A DNA stretch of 58,998 bases, filler included, from Sphacelaria rigidula (lineage: Eukaryota), in NCBI GenBank assembly GCA_964200075.2. It is 10 parts of 10 records of this genome, joined end to end, with 100 filler letters (N's around TTAATTAATTAA, not from the genome) between each part and the next. Parts side by side here need not be neighbours in the genome. Positions count along the whole stretch, not along the records: positions 23,642 to 29,451 come from CAXNAA020024282.1; positions 29,552 to 35,361 come from CAXNAA020024283.1; positions 35,462 to 41,271 come from CAXNAA020024284.1; 7 more parts are not named here. One strand, written 5' to 3'. The notes under the pieces were generated by a model that made no database searches, was not told the DNA's origin, and saw only the letters and a program-made list of their open reading frames with translations. Of the stretch, positions 25,462 to 37,304 are shown one piece after another (position 1 is the stretch's first letter; the number at the start of each line of letters is the position of its first letter). Made by a program: the position numbers and the translations under genes.

Positions 25462-26171
25462 CCCCCACAGCCCCCTGCCCATTATGTCTTTTGATTTCAC
25501 TCAGCTACACACGCAGTCCCGATCCCGGAAAGCTCGACTGACTCCTGATACGTCCGCCTCCAAGGAGTGGGGAATATCGAAGAAGACGGCGACTTACGCT
25601 CCGATATCCAACCACGACGAAATCAAAAGAGAAGACAGCGCTCGACGAGAGTACGGTCACCCCGGCTAAAGCCTACTTGAAATAACCGAAAGACAAGGAC
25701 AACAAAAATAAAACAAAAATCATAATATTCCGGGAACAGAGACACATATCATGTTGCTAACTACTATCCAGAGTCATCACCTCCGGAAACAACCGCTCGC
25801 GAGGAGTGGGGAAATCTGAAAACCAGCGGTAACTCCGGCTCCAAATTTCAATCCACCAAGAAAAAGTTCACGCGAAAACTACCAATGGACATGAGTCAGA
25901 TTTTCTCCTAGCTCCAGCCATTACATCAGTCATTCGCGGCGTCCTCCTGCTCGTTCTTTCATGCAGCTCCACGGTGCTCCTCCCATTCCATTCCAGGATG
26001 ACCAGATTCCAAGCATCCCAAACCTCCGTCCACCCTAGCTCCTCCTCGACTCACCCCGCCCTGTCCCATACATGCGCGCAATATTTGATGCTTTCTCGCA
26101 GCATGTGGATCGGCCAACACCCGACATGAACCACCACAACTAGTTCCATCACGAAGACGCCCCGCCCCATC

Positions 26172-29100
26172 ACCAGCCATGCGCGAAATGTTTGACGGAT
26201 TTCCGCAGGATGTGGATGTGCCAACATCAGTCCCCTGCCCGACCCCGGCTCTCATCAAGGGCTGCCCACTTGAGGTGTACCGCGTATTTGCGACCCAAGT
26301 TCATCATGCGGAGGGTGTGCGGCCGCTCTTGCTGACCGGGGCTCTCCTCCATCTCACCACCTGGGACAACTGCCAACCTGCGGTGGCCGTTTTAAAATAC
26401 ACATAGGAGCTAACAATGTCAGGGTCGTACACGTCCGGCCCATCTTTTCGGCGCCCACACACCTTATACCCTGGCGCCATGTAATATCCACCACGCTCGT
26501 GCGCCGTTATGCGCCTCGACAAATGGATGCGTATTTACGATACTGCGCATTGTCACATTTCACCTGAATTGGTTCCCCCAACCAATATTTCAGAATTACC
26601 TTCCGGGCGTACTACTTAAGGTCGGCTTCATGCTCCCACCGAGGAACATCCAAGCCGGAGGTATTGTACCACCAACTCATCACCCACACCCGGCGACAAC
26701 CTGTGTTTTACCCATTTTTCAGGGAGTATTCGATGCGTGTCCAACTCCCTCGTCACATCCTCCGCTGTTAAATGTAGAGGAGGCGACAGTTCGGAGTATT
26801 TGTTCAGCACGTACTGACTCAACCCCCAAGGCAAAAATCTCGGCTTGTCCGGCCCCTCATGAGGATTATAGCACCGCTCACACCTTGCCATCGACAGCGT
26901 GGAGTTCATGTTGACTCCTGGTTCGTTTCGACGAAGCTCCAGCTAAAACAAATTTTTACCCACCTGTTCACCCTCCGAGGTTGCCCCCGGCCCTACCAAT
27001 AAAATGTTGAATGGCCCCGTCCAACACTGAGTCAGCTTCGCCGACAGAGCCAAAGACGTCCGGGCTGAACTCGCCACCACCTGCACTGCCTTACCTCCCG
27101 CGGCGATGGTGCTTTTATTATCGACTCATGCCGAGATAGCCCCTCCACAAAAAGTGCACGTGAGACGGTGCGACAAAACGNNNNNNNNNNGACAAAACGG
27201 CTGCGATCCCACTATTGGACTCGTTCCCAGCAATTTCGCCCACATGAGAGGCGTGGAGCGGTTCGAAATTAGCTATTGCGCCCAAATAAGTCGCGTCGTG
27301 CAGCACGAAACCAGCTTTAACGGCATCTATGATCATCACCTCCGTGCACTTTCTTGGCCGGTTCGGGGGGGGGGCTATCTCGGCAGCAGTCTATCGCACA
27401 CAAACACTCACTGCCCCGCTTCCCATTTGGGCCAGCGGTTGGCCATTTCCTCAATATCCTGGTTCTTGGCCTCATGTTTCGCTCTGAAGAAAAATCATCT
27501 TGCCTCACCAACTCGCACGCCTTTACCTGCCGGTCTCTCATCAGCTGAAGATAGTCCAACTGGTCGGCTTCCAAACCCTGATGCCCCCGCACCCCCCTAC
27601 CTTCTAGAATGGTCATGGGCATGCGCGGGTAGCGTCCAATCTGTACCTCGTTTGGAGATAACCCGGTGCCCCTACTGATATTATTGTTGTGGGCAGAGAT
27701 CGCGTGCATTAGAGACTCATCGCAGTTGCTCTGATCGTCCACCACCCAATAAGACACCATTTGACATAACGTTTGATTCAACCGCTCTACCATCCCATTC
27801 GTCTGAGAGTGATAAGAACTCGTGAACCATTTCACCGCACCCATCATTTCATAGACCGACTTACACCCGGTGGAAGCGAACTCCGATCCCCGATCCGACA
27901 AGAACGTGTGCGGGCAATCCTATCGTGGTACGTAATCTCCCACTATGATGGTAGCACACCCCGTAACCGAGTGCTATTTAGCTGTAATCGCGTACGCTTC
28001 CGCGTGCCTACTAAACAGATCCACCATGAGGAAGATGTGTCTGCTGCCCCGCTTTGTTTTAGGCAACGCGCCCAGACAATCGAACGCCACCATTTACCTC
28101 GGCCGACTGGGTAGTGGCAGCGAGACCAAAGGTCAACGCACCTCATAAAGACCCGATTTCTTGGCCTGGCGTGAATAGCAGCGTCGAATCCAGAATTTCA
28201 CACTCTCCTTCATACCGATCTACCAATAAAACCTTCGCATCAAAGAGAGGGTAAATGTTTCCCCAAGGTGCACCGCCTCTTTGTGCGTCTGGTCCATCAC
28301 CCAAGGCCTCAGCATCAACGGGATATACGTTCGCACACGTTCGTCTCCCAGGTATCGCTCAAATACCCCCGGGTTACGGTCATCTGAATCCAAAGGCGCA
28401 GGAGTCCATTTTTTCACCAACAGTTTGCTACCGTTCGCTAGCTCAAACAGTTGTCCTTGTTTCAGCAAAGCCCTCAGTTCCTTCACATCGATACTACTAT
28501 CCACTGACTGTTTTTCTCCCTTCGAGAGTACCGTTGTCCCCTGTGAGAGGTACACAGTAGTCGTACGAGCGGTCAGATTAGTCTCTTGGATGTGCACCCA
28601 GTCACCCGCTGACTTGGCGCACAAACGCTCACCAAAATTACATGCCTCCGCCGCCTCTAAAGTGGGCGCGGGGGTACCACAACCGTCCTCTTCGGCTGAT
28701 CCAGCCTCACCGTCCGTGATTACCAAAACGTCCCGACCCGCCATCTCGTGCAACAAATATTTCCCCACTTCAGTCACCGGGCAAGCATGTAAGCACAAAC
28801 CCGGTTCCCACTGCCCACACACCACATCCGTAACCTTCGGGGAAAGAAGGCGCGAGTCATCTCTCACAACTTTTGGTCCCTTCCAGACTGCCATCGGTTG
28901 TCTTTGCATGGTTTCATTTTGGATTTGGTCCCATCGGTCGTGCGCAACTTCTGAAAGTGTCAACGGTATGTCCGAGTGTTCTCTCCCCCCCCTTTGAACT
29001 ACACCCTGAGGAGGAAGCCCATCCAAACTAGAACCCTGGGGAGAGCCAGACCCGCCGAGGAGCCCATCCAAGCCCGCATCATGGTGACGTTCAAAGCCAC

Positions 29101-29380
29101 GAGGCACGATACCGCTTGCTCCAATAAAATAAACATCCACATCAGCCGGGTCGGTGATTTGGAACCACCCGCTAACATCTTCAGGGCTATGGGCTAGCGG
29201 CAGACGGGACAACATGTCAGCGTTGGAATTAGAAACGCCCGGTTTGTAGAAACTTTCATACGTGTATGCGCTGAGACAATCCTGCCACCGGTGAACCCGC
29301 GGCACCTTCTCTGCCAAGCTAAAAAGACTGCGCAGAGGTTGGTGGTCACAATAAATTTGGAAAGGCACCCCATAGAACAA
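26172..29380 (-). pseudogene. Ty3/gypsy pol, decayed: end of RNase H, long insert, integrase (Zn finger, DDE core, GPF), chromodomain and C-terminal extension
   Basis: Motifs YCDHQPL...NSNADMLSRLP; THKEAVHLG...RRFYW; SDRGSEF...YHSQTNGMVERLNQTL; CWTGPF; PEKWVKHR...VQYL and WEHEADL. Several stops and frameshifts plus a MITE insertion. Confidence 0.9.
27123..27391. mobile_element. MITE with ~20-bp TIRs and 4-bp TATC TSD inserted in the integrase
   Basis: GACTCATGCCGAGATAGCCC versus rc GACTGCTGCCGAGATAGCCC. TATC at 27119-27122 and 27392-27395. Removal restores the frame KWEAGQ*VFVCDNKSTI. Contains a 10-N gap. Confidence 0.85.
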
Positions 29381-32300
29381 AGACCTGATCCGGTGAGAAC
29401 CCGGCGTGCTCCGTCCCGGCTTTGTAGGGACGCGCGGCCAGTGGGCTGATGNNNNNNNNNNNNNNNNNNNNNNNNNNNNNNNNNNNNNNNNNNNNTTAAT
29501 TAATTAANNNNNNNNNNNNNNNNNNNNNNNNNNNNNNNNNNNNNNNNNNNNCCCAATTCTGAGTTCTCTAGTCCAATACGCTAGATCTACGGCAGCACCA
29601 CAGGACAATGGAGCCGGGGCCGAAGATACTGCAGATGAAGCATGGGGGTTGCATAGCCTCAGGGCAGTGCCGCAACAGCCTGTTGGCAGACTTGGTCCAC
29701 GGCAGCAGTTATTGAGGATATCACTAATAATGCGGCGAAAACGCAGGCATCCACACAGCAGCAGGGTTGTTCGTTCACCGTTGCGCATGATTGCGGCTTC
29801 ACAAATACAATCCTGAGGACTGAATAAGCTATGTGGGTGTCCTAGGGGCGTACCAGAGCCTTCAACTTCCTAGAGAGGGCTCGTAGTCCCTATATTGTCG
29901 GGTTTCGAATGTGCCTTTACACGGTCCCGGTGAAAGCCTCCGGCACACCCAAACGCACGCAGAGAGACCGACACACGTGTACCCGAGGCCAATCAGGGCA
30001 TATAAGGATGGTGAACACATATACTGAGTGAGTTTGTGCTCCAACGAGCGTCAGGGGGAAAATAAACTGTCGCGATCCTAGGATCGACCCGAAAATAGGA
30101 TTTCTAGTGATACGTGTGCGTTTTTCGACCTCATGACGCCAGTATCGCACTATGGCATAGGGACAGAAAGGCGGCCCGGAATATGGCCTGTCGTACAAAG
30201 CTTTTAGGTTGGATGTACGCCAAAATTTGAATGAGTAATGCCACTTTCCGTGGGCGGCACAAGTTTACACGGGGGCAAAAAATTCCTCTCTCGTTGATAC
30301 TGCTCTAAAGTGCCTTTTGTCTCTAGTAAAGGTCGCACCCAGAGTGCGTCGGTCGGCACCCCACTGAAATACTAGCGAGAAATGTCCGCTGCAACCTGCT
30401 TTCTGTGTGTGTCTGTACCTTACCCGTGCCCCCCTGAAGGACGCATCGATTTGACCGTTTCAGCCCCCCCCAAATCCTGCTCATCAACCACTACTCCCCG
30501 TCTACGTCTTGGAGCAGACCATTGAAACGGGGGGGAGTGGTGTCATTGATGCTGGATGATCACGTCGCCGCTTGTGCTCAAAGTGCTGTAGAGCATGAAG
30601 TGTGAGGTCATTGGGAAGATGGGTGCTATACCGTTGCTCCTGATATATCAGCCTGTGCGGCCCAAACGTTTGTGCTGTGATTTTTGTTCAACCCTTGAGA
30701 TTCGTCACCAATACCCTTTAACTCACCGACCGGGGCATTGGGGTCCTCGTCAGCGCATCTCTACATGGACGAATTTCCTTGGGTTCGATTGCCCGCAGTC
30801 AACTTGAAGTACGCATTTGCGGTTGGTTTCGTTTGCTCATGGTTTTCACGAAATTGGCCGCATTTCACGGACGACTAACAGTTGAACAGGCACTCAACCC
30901 TTTGACCGCGGTGCAGGTGGTCCACCTGGATTACTCATACTTTTTTCAAGTGAAAATTGACGCCGATTCAGCAGGTGACCTACCCTCCTCGCGGTCTACA
31001 GGTTGAAGGGTTATTTTTTCGGCAGGAGTATGGAATAAGTATGTTTCCCATCCCATTTTGTACTCTTTCCGGGATGCACTACTTGGGGAAGGCTAAGGAG
31101 TTGCAGACAGCGCATGGCCACGTCGGGTATGCCCTCCTTCATCCATTTTTATTTCTTTGGATTCCTTGCCTGCTGTACGAAAGATCCGAATATCTGTGTC
31201 AAGACTTGAATCGAATATGTTCAACCGTGGATATGGGGGTAAGAAGTGGGGTATGCTCTGCTGCTCAACTGGTACAAACACTGACCTCGTGGTTCATTCA
31301 TGAATATCCGCGTGAAAAAGTGTTCACTGGCTCTTACCGCATACGGTCTGGGCAATGGGAGATGATGCGAACGGGAAGATGTTGCGAAATTGTGGGGGGG
31401 CACATGGTGAGGATGCCGCTAGGAAGTTGTACATTTCTTCGGTGGAAAACGACACTATGTGTGCGTACAAACTCCTCTTGCCTCTTCTCAGGATATCTTC
31501 TCAACTTTCGTCTGGGCCGCGGAGCGTGCTCCGCTCTTACTGTGGCTTTGTACGTGACGCACACAACTGTTCCCGGTGCACCCAGTGCAAACATGCGGCG
31601 CATCTACGATAACATCACCCAGATCCAGCGGCGTAATTAACTGATTTTCGGAGATTTCCCCACACTAGCCTCTCCGTTTCGCACGCCCCTAACGACCCAT
31701 CACGGCCCAGCACCAACGAAGGACCCGCGTCACCTTCTTCCCTACATCCCAAGGAGCATCACCATGCTTTTATTCGTCTGAATTTGCTTCATGTACATGG
31801 GGGAAATTGTCAGCCGAGAAAAAATGGGGGTTTCTTCATCGGACTAGCCTGTACAACTACTGACTGAGATGGTCATCCAAACCCCAGCCCTGTAACCGTT
31901 ACGCGCTGGATCAAAAGACACTGTTACGAACATGACCTCAAATCCATAGACTGTACAACAAACAAGGCACCAACACCACCACGGTCTTGTACCTCCGGAA
32001 ACCTGCGGATTGGATGAGTGTGTGTGTGTCCTCGCCATCAATGCCCACCGCGAACTCTTGACCCAGTGTCGCCTGCGCGAACATTCGTGACATTCGGCGG
32101 CAGCGACGTTCAGTCGGGTGTAAGTCGGCGCGTTCTGTACTGGGTGCGAGATATTCGGACGATCTTAGATCCCTGCGGCGATGATTAGGCTGCCGATGTG
32201 CATGTTCCCTAAATGCTCAGCTGTGTAGGTGTTCGCCTATGCTTTGTTTGCGCAAAAGCTATGGTTGAGATGGGTGTCCTCCAGAACTTTGGGTGTGCGT

Positions 32301-32593
32301 GATGATCAACTACTCAGCATTTCAACATCACCGCGTACTTTGAAGTCCCGTTGTCTTGGTTGGGAAAGCGTGGAGCACGCGTCGCGTCGCCTGCTTCGGT
32401 GTTCGTGTATGTCAGAGTCTGGCGTACATGTTGGGCTCACACAGAGGACATTCTCTTTCCCATTTGTTTTCGGGTGATACGTAAAGGAACAGCAAGGCCA
32501 ATAGTGCTGGCAGTTCTACAATAGAGCTGACAGTTCTACAGTGCTGGGGAACTGAGAATTGTAGCTACTTGTGATCTTCAAATAACGCGTCAC

Positions 32594-34110
32594 GTGTGCC
32601 GTGAAGACTTCGGGTACCGGCGGGTACCGAGGGAGTTCCATGAGGCTGGTCTGTCTACTCATCTACGAGTCCTGATTCCTGTGGAGGTAGCAATATGGGT
32701 TCAGGCGCATCGACACAGAAATCAGCCGCCGGTAATGAGGCTGCGCATGATGGCCCGTCGGAATTTGCAACTGCTCGCCAGCATTTCCACAAGGTACGGC
32801 GTATGCAGACTAATGGCACAGCACAGTGCTCAGAGTGGTCAGCAGTGGCCTCGAGGGTTGTTGTGCAACATTTACTTTAGTTTGCTAGTGTGTACTGGTT
32901 TTTATCGACACAGGTCACATGTAGGAATGCCTTCTCTACCAAATCGTCGCCTGACTGCGCTCTCGACAGCGAGTGTCGAGCAGTCGTACGAGGCGGTTGA
33001 AGCCAATAGCGCTTCAGTAGAAGATGACCCTAGGCAAGGTATGGTCTTACAGTACAGTGAGACCTCAAATATAAATATGACCGTTGCGTACTTACTTACT
33101 GGACAACTACGCAATACAGTACTGATGGCGTTGCGTCGGCATGTTTGACGTGTCCACTGGAATACCCCGTTCATGGATGTCATAGTTCAACGCGAAACCC
33201 GTGGCTCAGCACATCGACGAATTACAAGTGAAACAATTGACAACCTTGTTCGTTCTGTTCGAGACGTTTCTCTTCAGGCAAAGGGGGAGGGCATCTCCAA
33301 TCATGAGATTTTCGAGAAACTGTCGATGGCGCGAGTGGATCTTGATGGTCCTGTACCCAACACCGACAAACACACCCCATCGAGCCCAGGACGAGCCAAG
33401 GGGAAAAGAACGGTCAGCCATACTTGCGTTTCGCCGCAAGGTAACCGGAATGCGGACAACGTGTTTGCTCTACGAAGCATGCTCGCGTTTCGATCCTTGG
33501 AACCAAACATTGGAACTGAGGACGTAGTACACTATTGTGTAGGTAGGGTCAGAACATGTCACCAGTCGTTGTATGGTGTAGTCGAGATCAGCAATCGTTT
33601 GCTGACAGATTCTTGGTGTGAGCATCCTCAGTCCCTCGCTTGCTGGCGGCCATCATCCCCCCTCGCAACTATGCCGCCCACTCGCCAGTCCCGATGAGTT
33701 CGTGGTATCCCTTTTCAAAGTTTATATATCCAGCTTTGCTTTAAACGACCAAGTACGTTTCTCTTCGACAACAGTTCATCATCGTCCGACGCAACCCCTA
33801 CTCCACCTCGTCACCCTACGTAAAACCTCCGCAGCGAAACCACTGTCTGATGCGAAAGGGATCGACGAGTTCCGAAGAAAATCAGCTCTCGGGGTCGTTT
33901 CTCACGACACCAAAAGGCACAGGAGGAACCAGATATTTGAGGATGGGTTTGATTTCACCCTTGCGACTGCCAAGAAGGAGATGGATAAGCTGAAGGGTGG
34001 ATTCGACAAGAGTAAGGCGAGGCGAACGATGGGGGGAACAGGGTGGGGGCTATAGAGCGAGCTTGCGCACGAGACGGGGGAGGAGGTTAAGCTCTCAAAG
34101 TAGCTCAAGG
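32594..34110 (+). pseudogene. Decayed intronless reading frame of unknown identity
   Basis: ORFs 32594-33148 and 33173-33697 share a frame and are separated by one TGA; an overlapping ORF 33618-34055 continues after a frameshift. No family motif was confidently recognised. Confidence 0.35.
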
Positions 34111-37100
34111 GGGGGGGTGGAGGATAGTTGTGTTGTGGTCCTCATTTATTCACTGTTTGACTATAAAACACGCGTCCTTAATAGGCGCATGGTCTTAAAA
34201 TTCCCAGGTCAACTCCTGCTGCTACAGGTTGTTGAACGTTTCACCATCGCATCCATTTTATCGGGGGGGAAGGGGGAAGGTAAGCACAAGGGGGGGAAGG
34301 CACTCCGCAGCAAGGACGCGGGAATTGGGAAACTATCGCAAGTAGGCAAAGGTCCCTTTCGTAGATTCCGGACACGGATTTAACTTCGATAATGCAGTGT
34401 AAGAGACAAGCATAATGGTACAGTGTGCGCTGCCCCCCCCAATATCGCATTTTTGGTAAACCTGGACGATATCGCTAGGGTCCGGCTGAGTTTCAACTAT
34501 GCCCGAGTTATTCCGCTATTTTCGAAAGCCAACAACTTCACGTGTTCGCATGAATTATACAACAGGAGGTTTTCCGAGACGGCAACGACAAGCTTATTCT
34601 CGAGGCGCTGGTGAATTTTTTCTTCATCGGAGAGGACGACGAAGACCAGGTTCGGTTGTGGGAGGGGAAGCGACGGCGTCCCATTGGTGTAGCAGTGTCG
34701 CGCCCACGAGTGACATTATCTTCCACGTCGACTTCCTTCCTCGTAGAGTAAAAACCCGCACACTCATACGATGTGACTCTTGGCGATATCGTTGAAACGA
34801 CGATGCGTGTGTTGGCGTAGTCCCCGGTTTTAGGGGCACTTGGCGTCGAAGAACTTACCACTCCACGTTTTCATCCTCAGTCACTTACGATATACCGGTA
34901 AGCGTTGATTCCTCCTTGGTAAGGTTTAGGGGTAGTCTTGTTTATCTTCACCTTCACAGGGTCCATCGCACGCTGTGTCGTCAAATTAGCCTATTTGCTC
35001 AGGAAAAAGGAACGCGTTAATCTCTTGTTCCTGCAAAGATTGACGAAGACCGTGAAAGAAGGAGCGCAGGGGACCCCTACTATCCTTCGCCTCAAGCCTT
35101 CCATGTCTCAAGTTATTCTCCCGTTCAGTGTTTCTGTCCTGATACGTGAAATTTCCGCTCTGCCGATGGCGTTTCTCATGTCGAGAACAGCGCACACAGG
35201 GTCCTTTTGACCGTGCAATGTCCGCACACTAGTTCGCAGATACTTGACTCCTCACACCCTTCCCGCAAGGTACAAGAACCCTCTCGAACCCCCCCCCCCC
35301 CCCCCCCCCCTGCTGCGGGGCGGGGGAGGCACTTTACTTTTTGTGACGGCGGGGGAAGGAANNNNNNNNNNNNNNNNNNNNNNNNNNNNNNNNNNNNNNN
35401 NNNNNTTAATTAATTAANNNNNNNNNNNNNNNNNNNNNNNNNNNNNNNNNNNNNNNNNNNNAGAAGTGAAGGATCTCTTTGCGTGAGAACTATCGTCCTG
35501 TATTGAGCCAAGCCGTGTGTAGGACCGCAAGCTGTGCCAGCTTGACTGTTGTCCACTTGCCTGCCAAGCTTGTGCCTTGGGCTGCAAGTTTTGTCCTTGC
35601 ATTATACTGCCGCTTGCTCTTCATTACATTGGCGTTTGACGAAGGAGCTTCTTATTTGGCTATTGTGTTTCTTTCTTGTACCGATTTGCATCCCTGGCTG
35701 CCAGCTGTGTACTCCAGTTTTTGGATCAGTTGCCCCTTTCCCTTCAGGACAGTTTTAGTCAAATCTACCGCCCAGGTAGTCAGTAGCCCTAAAAGCTTCT
35801 GCTCCGCGTATCTCTCGGTAAAGTGTATTCGTGCCCCGCTACTTGCAACTGCTGTAGCGTTCGACGGCACATCTTGTGTGGCCAACGTGGGGTCAACACG
35901 CGCTGCTTGCTATTCTTGCCGTGCTGTCAATTTGACATCACCTGCACAAGGCCCCACGGTATCAGTTCCGCCTGCACGACTGTGAATCTTTTCGTGATTC
36001 ACCAGCCCGGCACGACCACCGCACCAAGCCATCGTTGGCTCGGGTATTTGGTCTTGTGACCCCCTTTCCTTCTGCAGAATATGTCTTCTACTACAGGTTT
36101 GTACAGAACACCAGTGCACAAAGGCGCACTGTTGTTCATAGCCAGCCGCTGTTCCTGAACTGAGCTCCTACCAAGCCGGCACGCTGCTGCTATTATTTTT
36201 CAGTATCGATTGTACGCGACTGTTGTATCTTTCCTTGACGAAATTACTGAACAAGTACAAACCATGCTCACACAGTGTGATGACGGACATCTGTACACGA
36301 ACTTTGGATTGTTCCGGCACTTTACCTTCGTTGCTCGTGGCTACCTTGTTGTTGTAGCTTTAGCTTCGTTGCTTGTGGCTACTTTGTTCTTGTTGTCCTC
36401 TTGTGTACTTCGCACAACCGTAAGGCAACGCGATACATCACCGTGGTAAGTAACAATACACAGTATAACGTACGGTGAGTTGTTTTTTCTCCTTTGACCC
36501 CTTCTCGAACGAACAAATGTATGGTCCCGAGACGGTTATGTTGAAATACTACTAGTTGAAACATTTCAACCTCCGTTACGTGCTCATTTGAACAGACAGC
36601 ACTCGAAATTGGTGCCCCTTGCCTGTGCACTACAAATGTTTCGGCACCCGCTCCCAGCGTTGCCCCTGTTGCGCAGCACATCACCTTTGTTCCACATACA
36701 TACGTTGTCTCAACTTCGTTGGATAACAAGCCTTCGCTCTGCACTACGCAGTCCGATTTCGCGGTTTATAACCCAAGCTTTGTAAAAGCTTTTGTGCTGC
36801 CTTACGCCGCACAGGTTTTGTGCGCATTTGAGAATATATATATATATAAATATTTTCATTTGCACACAGCCAGTCGTCCCTCAACTTGTGCTGGGATCAT
36901 ACAGTTATAGTCTGCCCGTGACGCTACACCCGGAACACGTGTAAGTTGTTCTCCCACGTACCAACGCTGCCACAGACAATCGGGTCTTCTCTTGTCTTCG
37001 ACGACACACGTCTGATCTGTGCACAACCCCGTGCTAGCTATTACCGCCACAACTTGAATAAAGTTGTATTAATCAGATCCCGGACATAGTTGGTACAAAC

Positions 37101-37304
37101 CGCGATTCGCTTGATCAAATTACTCAAGTAAAGCAGGTCCCACGGTCCCCTCAGGCGCTATTAGGCTTCCTTATCCAGCATTTCCGGATACAAGCTTCGG
37201 CTTTTGCACTTAGCATCTCTTGGTGTCACGCTCCTTTGATTAGAGCCCGCAGATCAGACATACTGCACCTTCCTTTTTAAGCTCAAAGGCTGCGTACGAT
37301 TATC

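Noticed and set aside
28255..28997. Plus-strand ORFs of 101 and 238 aa (and antisense ORFs at 37427-39112)
   Set aside because: They are antisense shadows of the pol and gag-like frames with no independent motifs.
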